Positions 50,679 to 61,134 of a stretch of 64,000 nucleotides of DNA are shown piece by piece. The position numbers and the translations under genes are program-made. Below the pieces are notes generated by a model. It did not search any database. It worked only from the letters and a program-made list of their open reading frames with translations, and was not told where the DNA came from. How positions within the stretch are numbered: the stretch's first letter is position 1; each line of letters starts with the position of its first letter. Source of the stretch: Marispirochaeta sp. (GTDB taxonomy: Bacteria > Spirochaetota > Spirochaetia > JC444 > Marispirochaetaceae); the NCBI GenBank assembly GCA_963676835.2, contig CAXXFF010000003.1, positions 320,001-384,000 of the forward strand. The letters run 5' to 3'.

Positions 50679-52356
50679 CCGCCGGATCACTCTTTCCCTG
50701 CTATTCTTTCTTTTTGTCCCTGGCACGACACTTCTCCGCGCTGACAACCCGATATGGGATATTGATATCCGCGGGGGGTCTCAGGCATCTGCAATAGTTG
50801 ATTCCATGTCCGATGAAGAACTTCTTGGTCAGGTTTTTATGATAGGCTTCACCGGCCCAGGTGCCGACCCTGTTATTCTTCGCTGGATACGGGAAAAACA
50901 TATCGGCGGGGTGAAAATTTTCGGCTGGAACGGCGACAACCTTCCTCTCTTAACAGAAGCCTCAGGCGTAATGCAGGAAACGGCCCTTTCCGCTTCAACG
51001 GGGATTCCCCTGTTCATTGCCACCGATCAGGAAGGGGGCTGGGTCCGTCATGTAAAAGGGTCAACCTCCACCACCCCGGGAAATATGAGTATAGGCGCTA
51101 CGGGCCTCCCCTTCGATGCCTACAGAACCGGTAAACTTATTGGTTCTGAACTGAGGGCAATGGGAATCAACATGAACTTTGCCCCCGACGTAGATGTTTA
51201 TGTAAATCCGGAAGCCCATGTTATCGGACCCCGGGCTTTTTCTTCAGATCCCATGGAAACAGCGGTTTTGAGTCAGGCATATTTTCACGGTATGCGTTCT
51301 CAGGGGATTGTCTGCACTGCCAAACATTTTCCGGGCCACGGCAATGCCGATAAAGATTCCCATGGGAGCCTGCCCATTATTAACGATACCCTTGATACCG
51401 CAATGGAGAGAGATCTGATTCCCTACCGCATGCTGATTCCCGAGGGACTCCCGGCAATTATGACAGGGCATCTGGCATTTCCCCGTATAACCGGCGATAA
51501 CACCCCGGCCTCGCTTTCTCCAGCACTGGTCAATGGAGTACTCCGGGAAAAGCTCGGCTTTGAAGGGCTGATTATTACCGATGATCTGCGGATGAACGGT
51601 GCCCAGTACAACGGTGAAGGGATACCCCAGGCAGCCGAAGACGCTCTGCGGGCAGGAAATGATATGATTTTAATCTCCCAGGACCGTTGGCTTCACCAGC
51701 GGGTATGGGATCACCTCTATGCACTTCTGCAAAGGGATTCCTCATTCCGGGTACGCCTTGAAGAGGCGGTAAAGCATGTTCTTCAGGTAAAGGAAGAGTA
51801 CCTGATTCCCGACTGGAGAGTACCCTTTAAACCTGATCCTGCCCAACTTGCCAATGCCATCCCGGCGGATGAAGAGTTTCTGCGTCAGCAGGCAGCAAGG
51901 GCTGTTACCACGGTATCCGACAAAAGCCTGCCGGTTAAAAATGATGAACGAATTCTTCTAACCGGTCAGCTCGGCGGCTTTTTCAAGGCGGGGAGAATCA
52001 AATATCCCGGGGCTTCAGTATTTGAATTCAGTTATAATCCGTTCTACAGTGCCCCTTCAGGTGCAGCCGCAGGAATTCTTGCCCGCTCAGGCAGGTATGA
52101 CAGAATAATTTTCTGCCTTGCTACGCCCGGCAGCTTTGAAGTGCTGAAACAGCTTGTAAAAGAAGATCCCGGTATTACAAAGAAGATTGCAGTTATCTCC
52201 GTTCTGACTCCGGTCTATCTGCGGGAAATGCCGGATCTGCCTGCGGCCCTTGCAGCCTACGGGATGGGGGATGAATCATTTGAAGCTGCTTTTTCTGCTC
52301 TTGCGGGAGAGTTTATTCCCCGGGGAAAAATCCCCCTGTATCAGCAGATGCAGTAA
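50659..52356 (+). CDS. nagZ: GH3 beta-N-acetylhexosaminidase (NagZ-like), exported
   Basis: DQEGG, NFAPDVD, KHFPGHG..DKDSH and ITDDL.M, with a signal peptide from the ATG at 50659. Confidence 0.85.
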   Translation: MEITKINRRITLSLLFFLFVPGTTLLRADNPIWDIDIRGGSQASAIVDSMSDEELLGQVFMIGFTGPGADPVILRWIREKHIGGVKIFGWNGDNLPLLTEASGVMQETALSASTGIPLFIATDQEGGWVRHVKGSTSTTPGNMSIGATGLPFDAYRTGKLIGSELRAMGINMNFAPDVDVYVNPEAHVIGPRAFSSDPMETAVLSQAYFHGMRSQGIVCTAKHFPGHGNADKDSHGSLPIINDTLDTAMERDLIPYRMLIPEGLPAIMTGHLAFPRITGDNTPASLSPALVNGVLREKLGFEGLIITDDLRMNGAQYNGEGIPQAAEDALRAGNDMILISQDRWLHQRVWDHLYALLQRDSSFRVRLEEAVKHVLQVKEEYLIPDWRVPFKPDPAQLANAIPADEEFLRQQAARAVTTVSDKSLPVKNDERILLTGQLGGFFKAGRIKYPGASVFEFSYNPFYSAPSGAAAGILARSGRYDRIIFCLATPGSFEVLKQLVKEDPGITKKIAVISVLTPVYLREMPDLPAALAAYGMGDESFEAAFSALAGEFIPRGKIPLYQQMQ

Positions 52357-53226
52357 ATGAACGGCAAGCTTATGAAACAGGAAATAGTACCCTACCACCC
52401 TGCCATCTCTACCGGTATTGCAGGATACCTCAGAGAGAGTGAAGAGTACTGGACCGGACTGACGAGCAGGCTTTTTCGTAAAGGAAAACTGCTTGCACCT
52501 GCAAGAAAAAGCGATATTCTCACACTTATTGAAAACAGCGCCATCCGCGGAGTTGTATACAACACTTCCGAAGGCTATACCTTTCCTGCTGTGCATTGGC
52601 CCTGGACAACAGAAACAGAAGATTCATTGCAAAATGTTTTCTCCTCTCTGAAAAATATCAGTACTCTCATGGGTGACAGTCATACCGTTGATCTGGCAAT
52701 ATCCAGCCGCAATAAACAACCTGCCTACCGGATTGATTATCTGCTCATGGCACGGCCTGCTTCGTATTCTATACCAGGCGAAGCCCTTCCCGGGGGGGAG
52801 GAAATTTTTCCTGCCGACAGAGCTATGGCAAGAGCCCTCTATCCCCTGCAGAAAGATTATGAGATAGAGGAAGTTTTGCTGCAGCCGGACAAATTCAACT
52901 CACTTATCTGTATGACCCATTTAAAAGAGACTCTGAACAATCAGATTGTATTCGCTGCCCGAAGAAACCGCCGCTTTGTAGCGAAAGCAGGAACCAATGC
53001 ACAGGGGCTAAACTGGGCTCAGATCGGAGGCGTATATACCGCGCCGGAGTTCCGCGGTCAGGGTATTTCCCGGAGATTGATGCAGAGAGTGCTTCAAAAA
53101 CTTGCAGAGACTCAGCAGGGAGCGACTCTTTTTGTCAAGAAAACCAATGGACCGGCTATTCATCTGTACCGGAAAATCGGCTTTTATGAACTTGCCCCCT
53201 TCAGCATTGCCTATTTTCGCAGATAG
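52357..53226 (+). CDS. GNAT family acetyltransferase
   Basis: QIGGVYTAPEFRGQG and N.PAIHLYRKIGF. Confidence 0.85.
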   Translation: MNGKLMKQEIVPYHPAISTGIAGYLRESEEYWTGLTSRLFRKGKLLAPARKSDILTLIENSAIRGVVYNTSEGYTFPAVHWPWTTETEDSLQNVFSSLKNISTLMGDSHTVDLAISSRNKQPAYRIDYLLMARPASYSIPGEALPGGEEIFPADRAMARALYPLQKDYEIEEVLLQPDKFNSLICMTHLKETLNNQIVFAARRNRRFVAKAGTNAQGLNWAQIGGVYTAPEFRGQGISRRLMQRVLQKLAETQQGATLFVKKTNGPAIHLYRKIGFYELAPFSIAYFRR

Positions 53227-53268
53227 TCATCTCGCATAAAAAAGCACTTCCCGCTATACTGACTCCTC

Positions 53269-54750
53269 ATGAGCAGAGACCTACCCGTTAAGATCCTCAT
53301 GATCGCAAGTGAAGCGGTCCCGTACGCAAAATCAGGCGGCCTGGCAGATATGACCGGATCCCTTACCCGTCACCTGTCGCTCCTTGGTCACGATGTCCGC
53401 CTGCTGCTGCCCGCATACGGACAAAAGGAACTTGAAGGTGAATACCTGGAGTTTCCGGTAAAGGTCGGTTTTAAAGATGAGCCTGTTCGCTGTTACCCAA
53501 GAACATTGCCGGATTGCACCGCCCGGGTCTACCTTCTTTCCCACGAGCTGTTTTTCAGAGAGGGAATCTACGGCAACAGCGACCAGGAGTTTTTTCCGGA
53601 TAACGGTAAGCGGTTTGCTCTTCTATCCCGGGCAGCCTTCAGCCTTATGGAAGAGATCGACTGGAACGCTGATATTCTCCACTCACACGACTGGCCTACC
53701 GCACTGGTGCCTGCCTATCTCGCCTCACTTGAATCGAAATTCAGAAAGCAGGGCACCGTTTCGATCTTTACAATTCATAATATAGGATATCAGGGACTAT
53801 TCTCCCTGCATGACCTGCATTACACCCGGCTGATGCTGAAAGATTTCGGCTATTCATCGGAAGATACCCCGGACCAGCTCAACTACCTGAGAACAGGAAT
53901 TATCAGTGCTGACTGCGTAAGCACAGTCTCCACCAGATATGCAGATGAAATTCAGACCCCCGAGTATGCACATGGGCTTGAACAGGAACTGCAGAACCGC
54001 AGAGAAGACCTTTTCGGAATTATTAACGGCATAGATACTGACATATGGAATCCGGAAAGCGATACGCTTCTGCAGTCACATTACAGCATCAGCGATATGC
54101 GGGGCAAAGCCTTATTAAAACATGAACTGCAGAAACGTGCAGGACTTCCAGAGGACCCGCAGATTCCCCTTATAGGAATTGTCTCCAGGCTGGTAGAGCA
54201 GAAAGGTATGAGGGAACTCTGCGGTCCCGGAGAAGAGAGCCTTGAACGTATACTGCGGGAGCTGGGCTGCCAGATGGTTATCCTCGGTACCGGTGAGACA
54301 TGGTGCGAAGAGGCGCTGGAAGTGCTTGACCGCCGTTTTCCCAACCTGTCTGTACAGATAGGCTTTTCCGAGAAATATGCCCATCTGATTGAAGCAGGGG
54401 CGGATTTCTTTCTTATGCCCTCACGATACGAGCCCTGCGGGCTTAATCAGATGTACTCCCTGCGTTACGGAACAATTCCGGTGGTGAGAAAAACCGGCGG
54501 ACTGGCGGATACAGTAATAGACCTGGACGAGAAGGGACAAAAACCAAACGGTTTTGTTTTTGAAGAAATTCGGGGAGAAGCGATTTATCAGGCTGTTTCC
54601 CGGGCGGTACATACATTCAGGACCGACGGAGAGACAATACATCAGCTTCAGAAAAACGGTATGGAAGCAGACTTTTCCTGGAACCTGTCGGCAGAGCGAT
54701 ATATTCAGCTGTACCGTTATGCCATGAGCCTTGCGGACGCTGATAAATAA
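53269..54750 (+). CDS. glgA: Glycogen synthase
   Basis: PYAKSGGLAD, HSHDW, TIHN, SRLVEQKG and MPSRYEPCGLNQ. Confidence 0.95.
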   Translation: MSRDLPVKILMIASEAVPYAKSGGLADMTGSLTRHLSLLGHDVRLLLPAYGQKELEGEYLEFPVKVGFKDEPVRCYPRTLPDCTARVYLLSHELFFREGIYGNSDQEFFPDNGKRFALLSRAAFSLMEEIDWNADILHSHDWPTALVPAYLASLESKFRKQGTVSIFTIHNIGYQGLFSLHDLHYTRLMLKDFGYSSEDTPDQLNYLRTGIISADCVSTVSTRYADEIQTPEYAHGLEQELQNRREDLFGIINGIDTDIWNPESDTLLQSHYSISDMRGKALLKHELQKRAGLPEDPQIPLIGIVSRLVEQKGMRELCGPGEESLERILRELGCQMVILGTGETWCEEALEVLDRRFPNLSVQIGFSEKYAHLIEAGADFFLMPSRYEPCGLNQMYSLRYGTIPVVRKTGGLADTVIDLDEKGQKPNGFVFEEIRGEAIYQAVSRAVHTFRTDGETIHQLQKNGMEADFSWNLSAERYIQLYRYAMSLADADK

Positions 54751-54763
54751 TTTCAGGGCAGCT

Positions 54764-55888
54764 TTAGATATTCCGCTTTTCAAGCCGGCGTATGCGGTGC
54801 AGGAACTCAGGCTCCTTCTTTACAGCTTGTTCCCCTGTAAGCGAAGCAAGCCCTTTCTTTGCCCATTCCAGAGCCGGTTCCATCTGTCTGCAATGGTGTT
54901 CATAGTATTTTGAAAGCTCTTCGCAAACAACCGGAGACAGCTGTTTCTCTGACAGGCGTTGCCATATAACAGCCGCAGCCTGCATATCACCTCTCCGTTT
55001 TGCCGCAAAGGCCAGCAATACGCCGGCGGTATAATCGCCCTCATCTTCAGCAGTCGCCAGGAGTTCTTCTCCCCGTCGGTCATTACGGCTCAGAAGCCAT
55101 ACACCCAGAGAACGTTTATCAATGCCCTCCGCGGCCAGAGGTTCAGCAAGAATTTTTTCCATATACGCAAGAAGAACAGCCAGACTAAGAATATCCTGCC
55201 GGTGATGGCTGAAGACCTCTTCAAGTGGTTGGGGATTCCCACTTTTCAAAAAATGAAACCATCTGTCCGGGACCTCAGCGCTGGGAAGATCAAGACTTCG
55301 GTGTATCTGCAGAATTTTATCTTCAATATTGCCGAGTCTGCAGGAACCTATTTTTGATTTCCATAATCTTCGGGAGGCATAAAGCAGGTCCGAATGGCCT
55401 GAAAACCGGAAGTGCATTCCATGCATTAATCCCCGGCTAAAAAGAAGCTTCTCATCAAAAGCCCTGCCGTTGTAACTTACCAGACGTGAATCCTCAGGCA
55501 GATTGTTCTTAAGGATATCCAGGAACTCCCCTTCTCCAGGAAAATCACTGAGAAAAAACTGATCTATAACCAGCCTATCCCCGGAATGTCTGCCGAACCC
55601 GGCAAGAAAGGCAATGGTTCCCGCACCGGAGGAGAGCCCCGTTGTTTCAAGATCAAAATAGACCAGATTTTTAGAATCCGTATTCAAGGGGAGGAACAAA
55701 CCGCTTAATGGTTGATTAAAAAATGTAACAGGAAATATGGATGTGCGTTGATACACAAAATCTGAAACCCGGTGGAACCCGGGAATATCCATTTCCGGAA
55801 TATCCCGCTTTGCAGAAGCCTGTTCAAGTGGAGCTTCCCTGGAAAGTCTCAAATGTTTCAGCCGGGAAGAGAGTCCGGGCCTAGGCAT
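54764..55888 (-). CDS. YprB/MrfB-like RNase H-fold exonuclease with TPR-like C-terminus
   Basis: FDLETTGLS, SYNGRAFD, DLLY..RRLWK and HH..DILSL. Confidence 0.85.
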   Translation of the reverse strand: MPRPGLSSRLKHLRLSREAPLEQASAKRDIPEMDIPGFHRVSDFVYQRTSIFPVTFFNQPLSGLFLPLNTDSKNLVYFDLETTGLSSGAGTIAFLAGFGRHSGDRLVIDQFFLSDFPGEGEFLDILKNNLPEDSRLVSYNGRAFDEKLLFSRGLMHGMHFRFSGHSDLLYASRRLWKSKIGSCRLGNIEDKILQIHRSLDLPSAEVPDRWFHFLKSGNPQPLEEVFSHHRQDILSLAVLLAYMEKILAEPLAAEGIDKRSLGVWLLSRNDRRGEELLATAEDEGDYTAGVLLAFAAKRRGDMQAAAVIWQRLSEKQLSPVVCEELSKYYEHHCRQMEPALEWAKKGLASLTGEQAVKKEPEFLHRIRRLEKRNI

Positions 55889-58178
55889 TTCCCTGCCACC
55901 GGTTGAAAAATTCTCGGATTATCTCCTTACGGTTAAAATCCCCCTCATCGGCTTCGCTGATGTCTGCGGCACCTATACATGAAGGGCAGCCTTCAGAGCA
56001 TCCGCATAGGTCAACAACTTCTGCCGCTGCGGCAATAATGGCGGGCAGTTCATGTCCGACCGCCTCGGCAAGGCCGGTTCCTCCGGGATAACGGTCATAG
56101 AGGTACAATGCAGGTGAGCCGAAATGGGGATCCCGTAGCCGTTCTGCGACACCCAGGTCATTACGGTCACACAAAAGAAACACCGGGGCCACATTCTTTA
56201 TAAGAGTGCCGATCCTGGCAATAACCTGTTCCTGAACTTCCCTGGGCACATCATTAAAACCGTCCCCGGCGGAGGTTCCACCCTGAAAAACCATAACCGC
56301 CCCCCGGGTATGCATCTGTTCTTCCGGAAGATGAATCTCTCCATAGCCTATATTCTCATGAGAATGGAAGCGGAGCTTCTTGAACTTTGCCACCTGGCTG
56401 CGGACAAGGAGATCCCCGACGATGCAGAGTGTACCGGCGGTTGATTCCCTCGAATCTTCGGTGAGAACCTTTATATCGCTTTTAACCACTGCATCGGTGT
56501 AATAATTGACATTACTGCTTTCAACCTCACAGCGGCGATTTTCTATATCCAGTTTTTTAACAACAAACTGGCTGCCCCGGTGGATATAAATTGCATTATC
56601 AAATATAAGCTCTTTTGCGGAAGGACGGTCCATTTCGCCGATTACCCTGTTTCCACCGCCGGTGGTATCCACGATAACCACATTATCCGCCGTAGCGGAT
56701 CTCAGGGAAATCTCTTCCGAAGGATATGAGCGGTCCGCCCAGTACCATTTTCCTCCGGTATGCCGTACAACCCCTTCCGCCTGAAGCTCCTGCAGCAGTT
56801 CATCAATTGCTCCGCCGAACTCATCGCCGTCGGAAAAAGGCAGCTCGAATACCGCGCATTTGAGATGATCCATAAGAATAAAGAGGTTATCGGGATCAAT
56901 ATGGGCAGATTCCGGCGGCCTTTTAAGAAAGTATTCGGGATGCTGCATTATATACTGATCAACCGGCCCGGATGTGGCAATCATTACTGCCATAGAAAGC
57001 TCACTGCTCCTTCCGGCCCGCCCTGCCTGCTGCCAGGAGGAGGCAATGGATCCCGGAAAACCTGCCATTATAGCTGCATCCAGGCCCCCGATATCGATTC
57101 CCAGTTCGAGAGCATTGGTGGAGACCACCCCCATGATACTGCCGTCCCGAAGCCCCTTCTCTATAGCCCGTCTTTCATTGGGAAGATACCCGCCCCGGTA
57201 GGCTTCAACCTGGGGGATCTCTCCCTGGAGGTAATGATTTTTCAGGGATTGATTTATATAGCTTGCAATCAGCTCCACCCGCAGCCGGGAGCGGCTGAAA
57301 ACAATGGTTTTAACCCCCTTTCTTATCAGCTTCAAAGCCAGGCGCTGGGATTCATTTACCGTGCCACGACGAATTCCCTGAACCTTGTCTACATAAGCAG
57401 GATTATACAGAATCAGATGCTTTTCCCCGGCGGGTGCACCGTTTTCATCGATCAGGGCCACCGGTTCTTCTATAATTTTTTCTGCAAGCTCTGCAGGATT
57501 GCCGATAGTGGCACTGCAGCAGATAAAAACCGGATCCGAGCCGTAAAACCGGGCTATCCGTTTAAGCCTGCGCACCACATTGGTCATATGAGAACCGAAT
57601 ACTCCCCGATAGGTATGCACTTCATCGATAACCACATATTTAAGGGAGCTGAAAAAGCGGATCCATTTGGGATGGTTGGGCAGAACCCCGGAATGAAGCA
57701 TATCGGGATTGGAAATTATTATGCGCCCGGAATCCCTGGCGGAGACACGGACGGAATTCGGGGTATCCCCGTCGTAGGTTGCAATTTTAATACCGACTTC
57801 ACCGGCAAGGACAATCTCATTCAATGCTGACTGCTGATCCTGACTCAGGGCTTTGGTTGGGAAAAGATAGAGCCCCCTGGCTGAAGAATCTTCAAGAAGC
57901 CCCTGCAGTACCGGCAGATTATAGCTGAGGGTTTTACCGGATGCCGTAGGTGTAACCACTACAACATTCCTTCCTTTTCTTACTTCATTGAACGAACGGG
58001 CCTGATGAGTATACAGACGGTTAATACCATGGCTGGAAAGAACCTCTGTTAGACTGTGATGGAGGTCCTCGGGAAAGTCGGTATAATGCCCTTTTCTTGC
58101 GGGTATTTTTTCCCAATGCACAACCTGATCCATAAAATCCCGGTCACATTTCAAAGCATCAAGAATTGCGGTTTCCAT
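55881..58178 (-). CDS. DEAD/DEAH helicase with DUF1998 Zn-binding domain (YprA/MrfA/Hrq1-like)
   Basis: TPTASGKT, FPTKAL.QDQ, IDEVH.YRGVFGSH, SATIGNP, QQAGRAGR and CGCSEGCPSC. Start at the ATG at 58178. Confidence 0.92.
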   Translation of the reverse strand: METAILDALKCDRDFMDQVVHWEKIPARKGHYTDFPEDLHHSLTEVLSSHGINRLYTHQARSFNEVRKGRNVVVVTPTASGKTLSYNLPVLQGLLEDSSARGLYLFPTKALSQDQQSALNEIVLAGEVGIKIATYDGDTPNSVRVSARDSGRIIISNPDMLHSGVLPNHPKWIRFFSSLKYVVIDEVHTYRGVFGSHMTNVVRRLKRIARFYGSDPVFICCSATIGNPAELAEKIIEEPVALIDENGAPAGEKHLILYNPAYVDKVQGIRRGTVNESQRLALKLIRKGVKTIVFSRSRLRVELIASYINQSLKNHYLQGEIPQVEAYRGGYLPNERRAIEKGLRDGSIMGVVSTNALELGIDIGGLDAAIMAGFPGSIASSWQQAGRAGRSSELSMAVMIATSGPVDQYIMQHPEYFLKRPPESAHIDPDNLFILMDHLKCAVFELPFSDGDEFGGAIDELLQELQAEGVVRHTGGKWYWADRSYPSEEISLRSATADNVVIVDTTGGGNRVIGEMDRPSAKELIFDNAIYIHRGSQFVVKKLDIENRRCEVESSNVNYYTDAVVKSDIKVLTEDSRESTAGTLCIVGDLLVRSQVAKFKKLRFHSHENIGYGEIHLPEEQMHTRGAVMVFQGGTSAGDGFNDVPREVQEQVIARIGTLIKNVAPVFLLCDRNDLGVAERLRDPHFGSPALYLYDRYPGGTGLAEAVGHELPAIIAAAAEVVDLCGCSEGCPSCIGAADISEADEGDFNRKEIIREFFNRWQGNA

Positions 58179-58275
58179 GGGGTGGATAGTAGCACAGATT
58201 TTCACTATTTTCATAGATCGCCTTGACCGGATAAGAATTGGTGAAATACTATAATTAAGACAGGAGGCCCCAGGA

Positions 58276-59556
58276 ATGCCCGAGATTCTGGCTATAGTTT
58301 TAGGCGGCGGAAAAGGAACACGACTGTACCCTCTCACCCAGCAGCGGGCAAAACCTGCAGTACCCTTCGGGGGAAAGTACAGACTGGTAGATATTCCCAT
58401 TTCCAACTGCATAAACTCCGATATGAAACAGATTTATATTCTCACCCAGTTCAACTCGGTATCTCTGCATAATCACCTGGCCAGTACCTATATCTTTGAT
58501 GTTTTCAGCCGGGGATTCGTGGAAATTCTGGCCGCCGAACAGACCTTTGAAAATACAAGCTGGTACGAAGGCACAGCAGATGCGGTCCGCAAAAACTTTC
58601 CCCATTTTAATGTTCAGAAACCTACACACTATATAATACTCTCCGGGGACCAGCTCTACCGCATGGACCTGCGCCAGATGTTTCAGAATCACCTTGATTC
58701 CGGAGCGGAAGTTACCCTTGCGGCAACACCGGTAGACCGTCTTGCTGCGACGGGACTCGGAATCCTCCAGACAGACAGCCGTGCACGGGTAACCAGTTTT
58801 CTGGAAAAACCTCCCATGGAAACGGACATTGAGAATCTGAAAATTCATGACAGTCTTCATCCCGATAAAGAGATGCAGGATCAGGGTAAAAACTATCTCG
58901 CCAGTATGGGTATGTACATCTTCAACGCCAAAGCCCTGGAAGAGATGCTGGATAACGATGAGACCGACTTTGGTAAAGAGATTATTCCCCGCGCAATTGC
59001 CAGCAAAGCCGTAAACGCCTATATCTTCACCGGTTTCTGGGAAGATATAGGAACCATACGGAGTTTCTATGATATCAATATCGATCTGGCCAGCCTGAAC
59101 CCAAAATTCAACTTTTATGATGAAAAAATGCCCATTTACACCAACCGCAGGTACCTTCCGGCGACAAAGATGAACTACTGCACCATAAGCCAGTCACTGG
59201 CTGCCGAAGGAAGTATCATTACCAATGCGTTTATATCAGAGTCGCTTATCGGCGTACGGACCATGATAGAACCGGGCTCCGATCTTCAGGGAGTAATAGC
59301 CATGGGCGCATCTGAATATGAAACCCCCGAAGAAAAAGCCCATAACCGGGAAATCGGGCAGCCGGATATCGGTATCGGCAGGGGAACTCATATACGCCGG
59401 GCGATAATAGATCAGAACTGCCGGATCGGCGATGACTGCAAAATCGGAATCGATGAAACAGAGAGAAAAGACGGCGACTTTGGAAATTATCATGTCAGAG
59501 ACGGCATAATCATAATACCCAAAAACACTATTATCCCCGCAGGAACTGTTATTTAG
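58276..59556 (+). CDS. glgC: Glucose-1-phosphate adenylyltransferase
   Basis: GGGKGTRLYPLT..RAKPAVPFGG.YRL.DIPISNC, GTADAVR, ASMG.Y.F and FWEDIGTI. Confidence 0.95.
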   Translation: MPEILAIVLGGGKGTRLYPLTQQRAKPAVPFGGKYRLVDIPISNCINSDMKQIYILTQFNSVSLHNHLASTYIFDVFSRGFVEILAAEQTFENTSWYEGTADAVRKNFPHFNVQKPTHYIILSGDQLYRMDLRQMFQNHLDSGAEVTLAATPVDRLAATGLGILQTDSRARVTSFLEKPPMETDIENLKIHDSLHPDKEMQDQGKNYLASMGMYIFNAKALEEMLDNDETDFGKEIIPRAIASKAVNAYIFTGFWEDIGTIRSFYDINIDLASLNPKFNFYDEKMPIYTNRRYLPATKMNYCTISQSLAAEGSIITNAFISESLIGVRTMIEPGSDLQGVIAMGASEYETPEEKAHNREIGQPDIGIGRGTHIRRAIIDQNCRIGDDCKIGIDETERKDGDFGNYHVRDGIIIIPKNTIIPAGTVI

Positions 59557-59564
59557 AGGGGCAA

Positions 59565-59945
59565 TCAGTTGTTGATAAGATAATTTACAATCTGACTGTC
59601 AGAAGCAGCCATGGGGTACTCTTTCAGGGACCCAATCTCCACCCAGTCTACCCTGCTGTGTTCCAGAAGGGTGAAATCCTCAGTCTCCAGAATGACATCG
59701 AAAGCAAGCAGGCGGTATTCCCTGTCACGGTTGGTGAAAAAGCCTTCAAAAAGCTGAGCCCCCACCTGAACGGCTACGCCAAGCTCTTCATGGAATTCCC
59801 GGGTCAGCGCCTCTTCCGGTGTTTCATAGTCCCGGGCTTTTCCACCGGGGAATTCCCAGCTTTCTCCAATACTTGTACCGGGCTTTCTCAGGGCAATCAA
59901 AACCCTGTTATCCCTGCGTATAATTCCAGCTGTAGATATTCGCAT
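59565..59945 (-). CDS. NUDIX hydrolase (MutT-like)
   Basis: Nudix box WEFPGGK....ETPEEAL.REFHEELG. Confidence 0.9.
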   Translation of the reverse strand: MRISTAGIIRRDNRVLIALRKPGTSIGESWEFPGGKARDYETPEEALTREFHEELGVAVQVGAQLFEGFFTNRDREYRLLAFDVILETEDFTLLEHSRVDWVEIGSLKEYPMAASDSQIVNYLINN

Positions 59946-59948
59946 AGG

Positions 59949-60362
59949 CTATAAAAGTACAAAACGGGGAAGAATGTAATGGGCAATACCGGAAAGAACG
60001 GTAATAATTCCTATTACATCCCTGTAAGCATAGATATATTTATCCATAAAGGAAGTTGTATCGGAATCAACATCGGATACCTTTTTGTAATATCCGTAGA
60101 AAAGACAGATGCCCGTAATGATTGCAAGAAGAGCAGGGATAAGATCCTGAATAAAGGAACCGTTGATGGTAGACGGGAAAATCAACTTCAGAACACCGGT
60201 TACAACCATCCCGAGGGATATAATAGTGATATAAGCCTTGTTCTCAGCCATAAAGGCCTGAAGTTTTCCAACCGCCGGCAGCTTTTCCTTGAGAAAATCT
60301 GCAGCAAGCAATGCTCCACCAAAAATATTGAGAAGAACTGAAAGAAGAAAAATCTGGAACAT
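59949..60362 (-). CDS. Hypothetical membrane protein
   Basis: 137 aa with four hydrophobic segments. SD GGGGGA. Confidence 0.7.
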   Translation of the reverse strand: MFQIFLLSVLLNIFGGALLAADFLKEKLPAVGKLQAFMAENKAYITIISLGMVVTGVLKLIFPSTINGSFIQDLIPALLAIITGICLFYGYYKKVSDVDSDTTSFMDKYIYAYRDVIGIITVLSGIAHYILPRFVLL

Positions 60363-60432
60363 TGTATCCCCCTTTTATATCTATAAGAATACAATATCCA
60401 AGGTGGAACTAAAAATCAATACAAAGATTCTA

Positions 60433-60738
60433 TTATGCCTCTTGCTTGTCACGATAGAGAGTAATCATTTGCTTAAAAGCTGAATTATCCTTTTTTAACT
60501 CGCGGCTTCCCCGGGTTATCTTGCATAGACTTAAGCCAAGCTCTTTAGCGATATTGCGCTGACTCATGCCATCATCAATCAGACGAACCAGTGCCCAGCG
60601 TTTTGTCACCTCATCGATCTCGTACTCTGTGAGCAGACTTCTCAGGAAATCTTCAATTAATAAACTGTTATCAGTTGCTGCCAGGGCAGAGCAAAGCTCC
60701 CTCAAGGCGGCTTCAGACTCAGAAATGTTCTTTTCCAT
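60433..60738 (-). CDS. TrpR/YerC-family transcriptional regulator
   Basis: FL.SLLT.YE and RW.LV.L...GMSQRNIAKELGLSLCKITRGSRELK. Confidence 0.85.
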   Translation of the reverse strand: MEKNISESEAALRELCSALAATDNSLLIEDFLRSLLTEYEIDEVTKRWALVRLIDDGMSQRNIAKELGLSLCKITRGSRELKKDNSAFKQMITLYRDKQEA

Positions 60739-60858
60739 AGAATCAATATAGTAAAAATAGTCTCCCTTATGCAACAAGAAGATCAAAATCCTTGATTCGG
60801 CGGGAAAAAGCGTTTAAAATTTCAATTAAGGTTAAATTCAGGTAGACGAGGAACTTGC

Positions 60859-61134
60859 ATGGCATTAGATGATCTGTATGATTTTTCTCAGATCCGCAAT
60901 CAGGCGGAAAAAATTGTGATTGAAGAGATTGAGAAACAGCTTCCCGAAGAAATTCTTGAAAACAATGAAGAACTGATTCTCGACATAGCTACCTATGCGC
61001 TGAATCATATACGGCCGATCTACAGCTATACACTTCTGGGGAAACTCTATACGGATAATCTGGAAGACGACTACTATAAGGAAGTTAAAAATACTGTAGC
61101 CAAAGCCATTCTGAAGATCCGCAGCAATCCTTAA
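60859..61134 (+). CDS. ComFB-family protein
   Basis: IRNQAEKIV, DIATYALNHIRPIY and terminal IRSNP. Confidence 0.75.
   Translation: MALDDLYDFSQIRNQAEKIVIEEIEKQLPEEILENNEELILDIATYALNHIRPIYSYTLLGKLYTDNLEDDYYKEVKNTVAKAILKIRSNP

Noticed and set aside
56760..57830. 356-aa plus-strand ORF
   Set aside because: It is an antisense shadow of the DUF1998 helicase.
58179..58412. N-terminal extension of the helicase ORF
   Set aside because: It overlaps the divergent glgC; an extended -10 supports the ATG at 58178.
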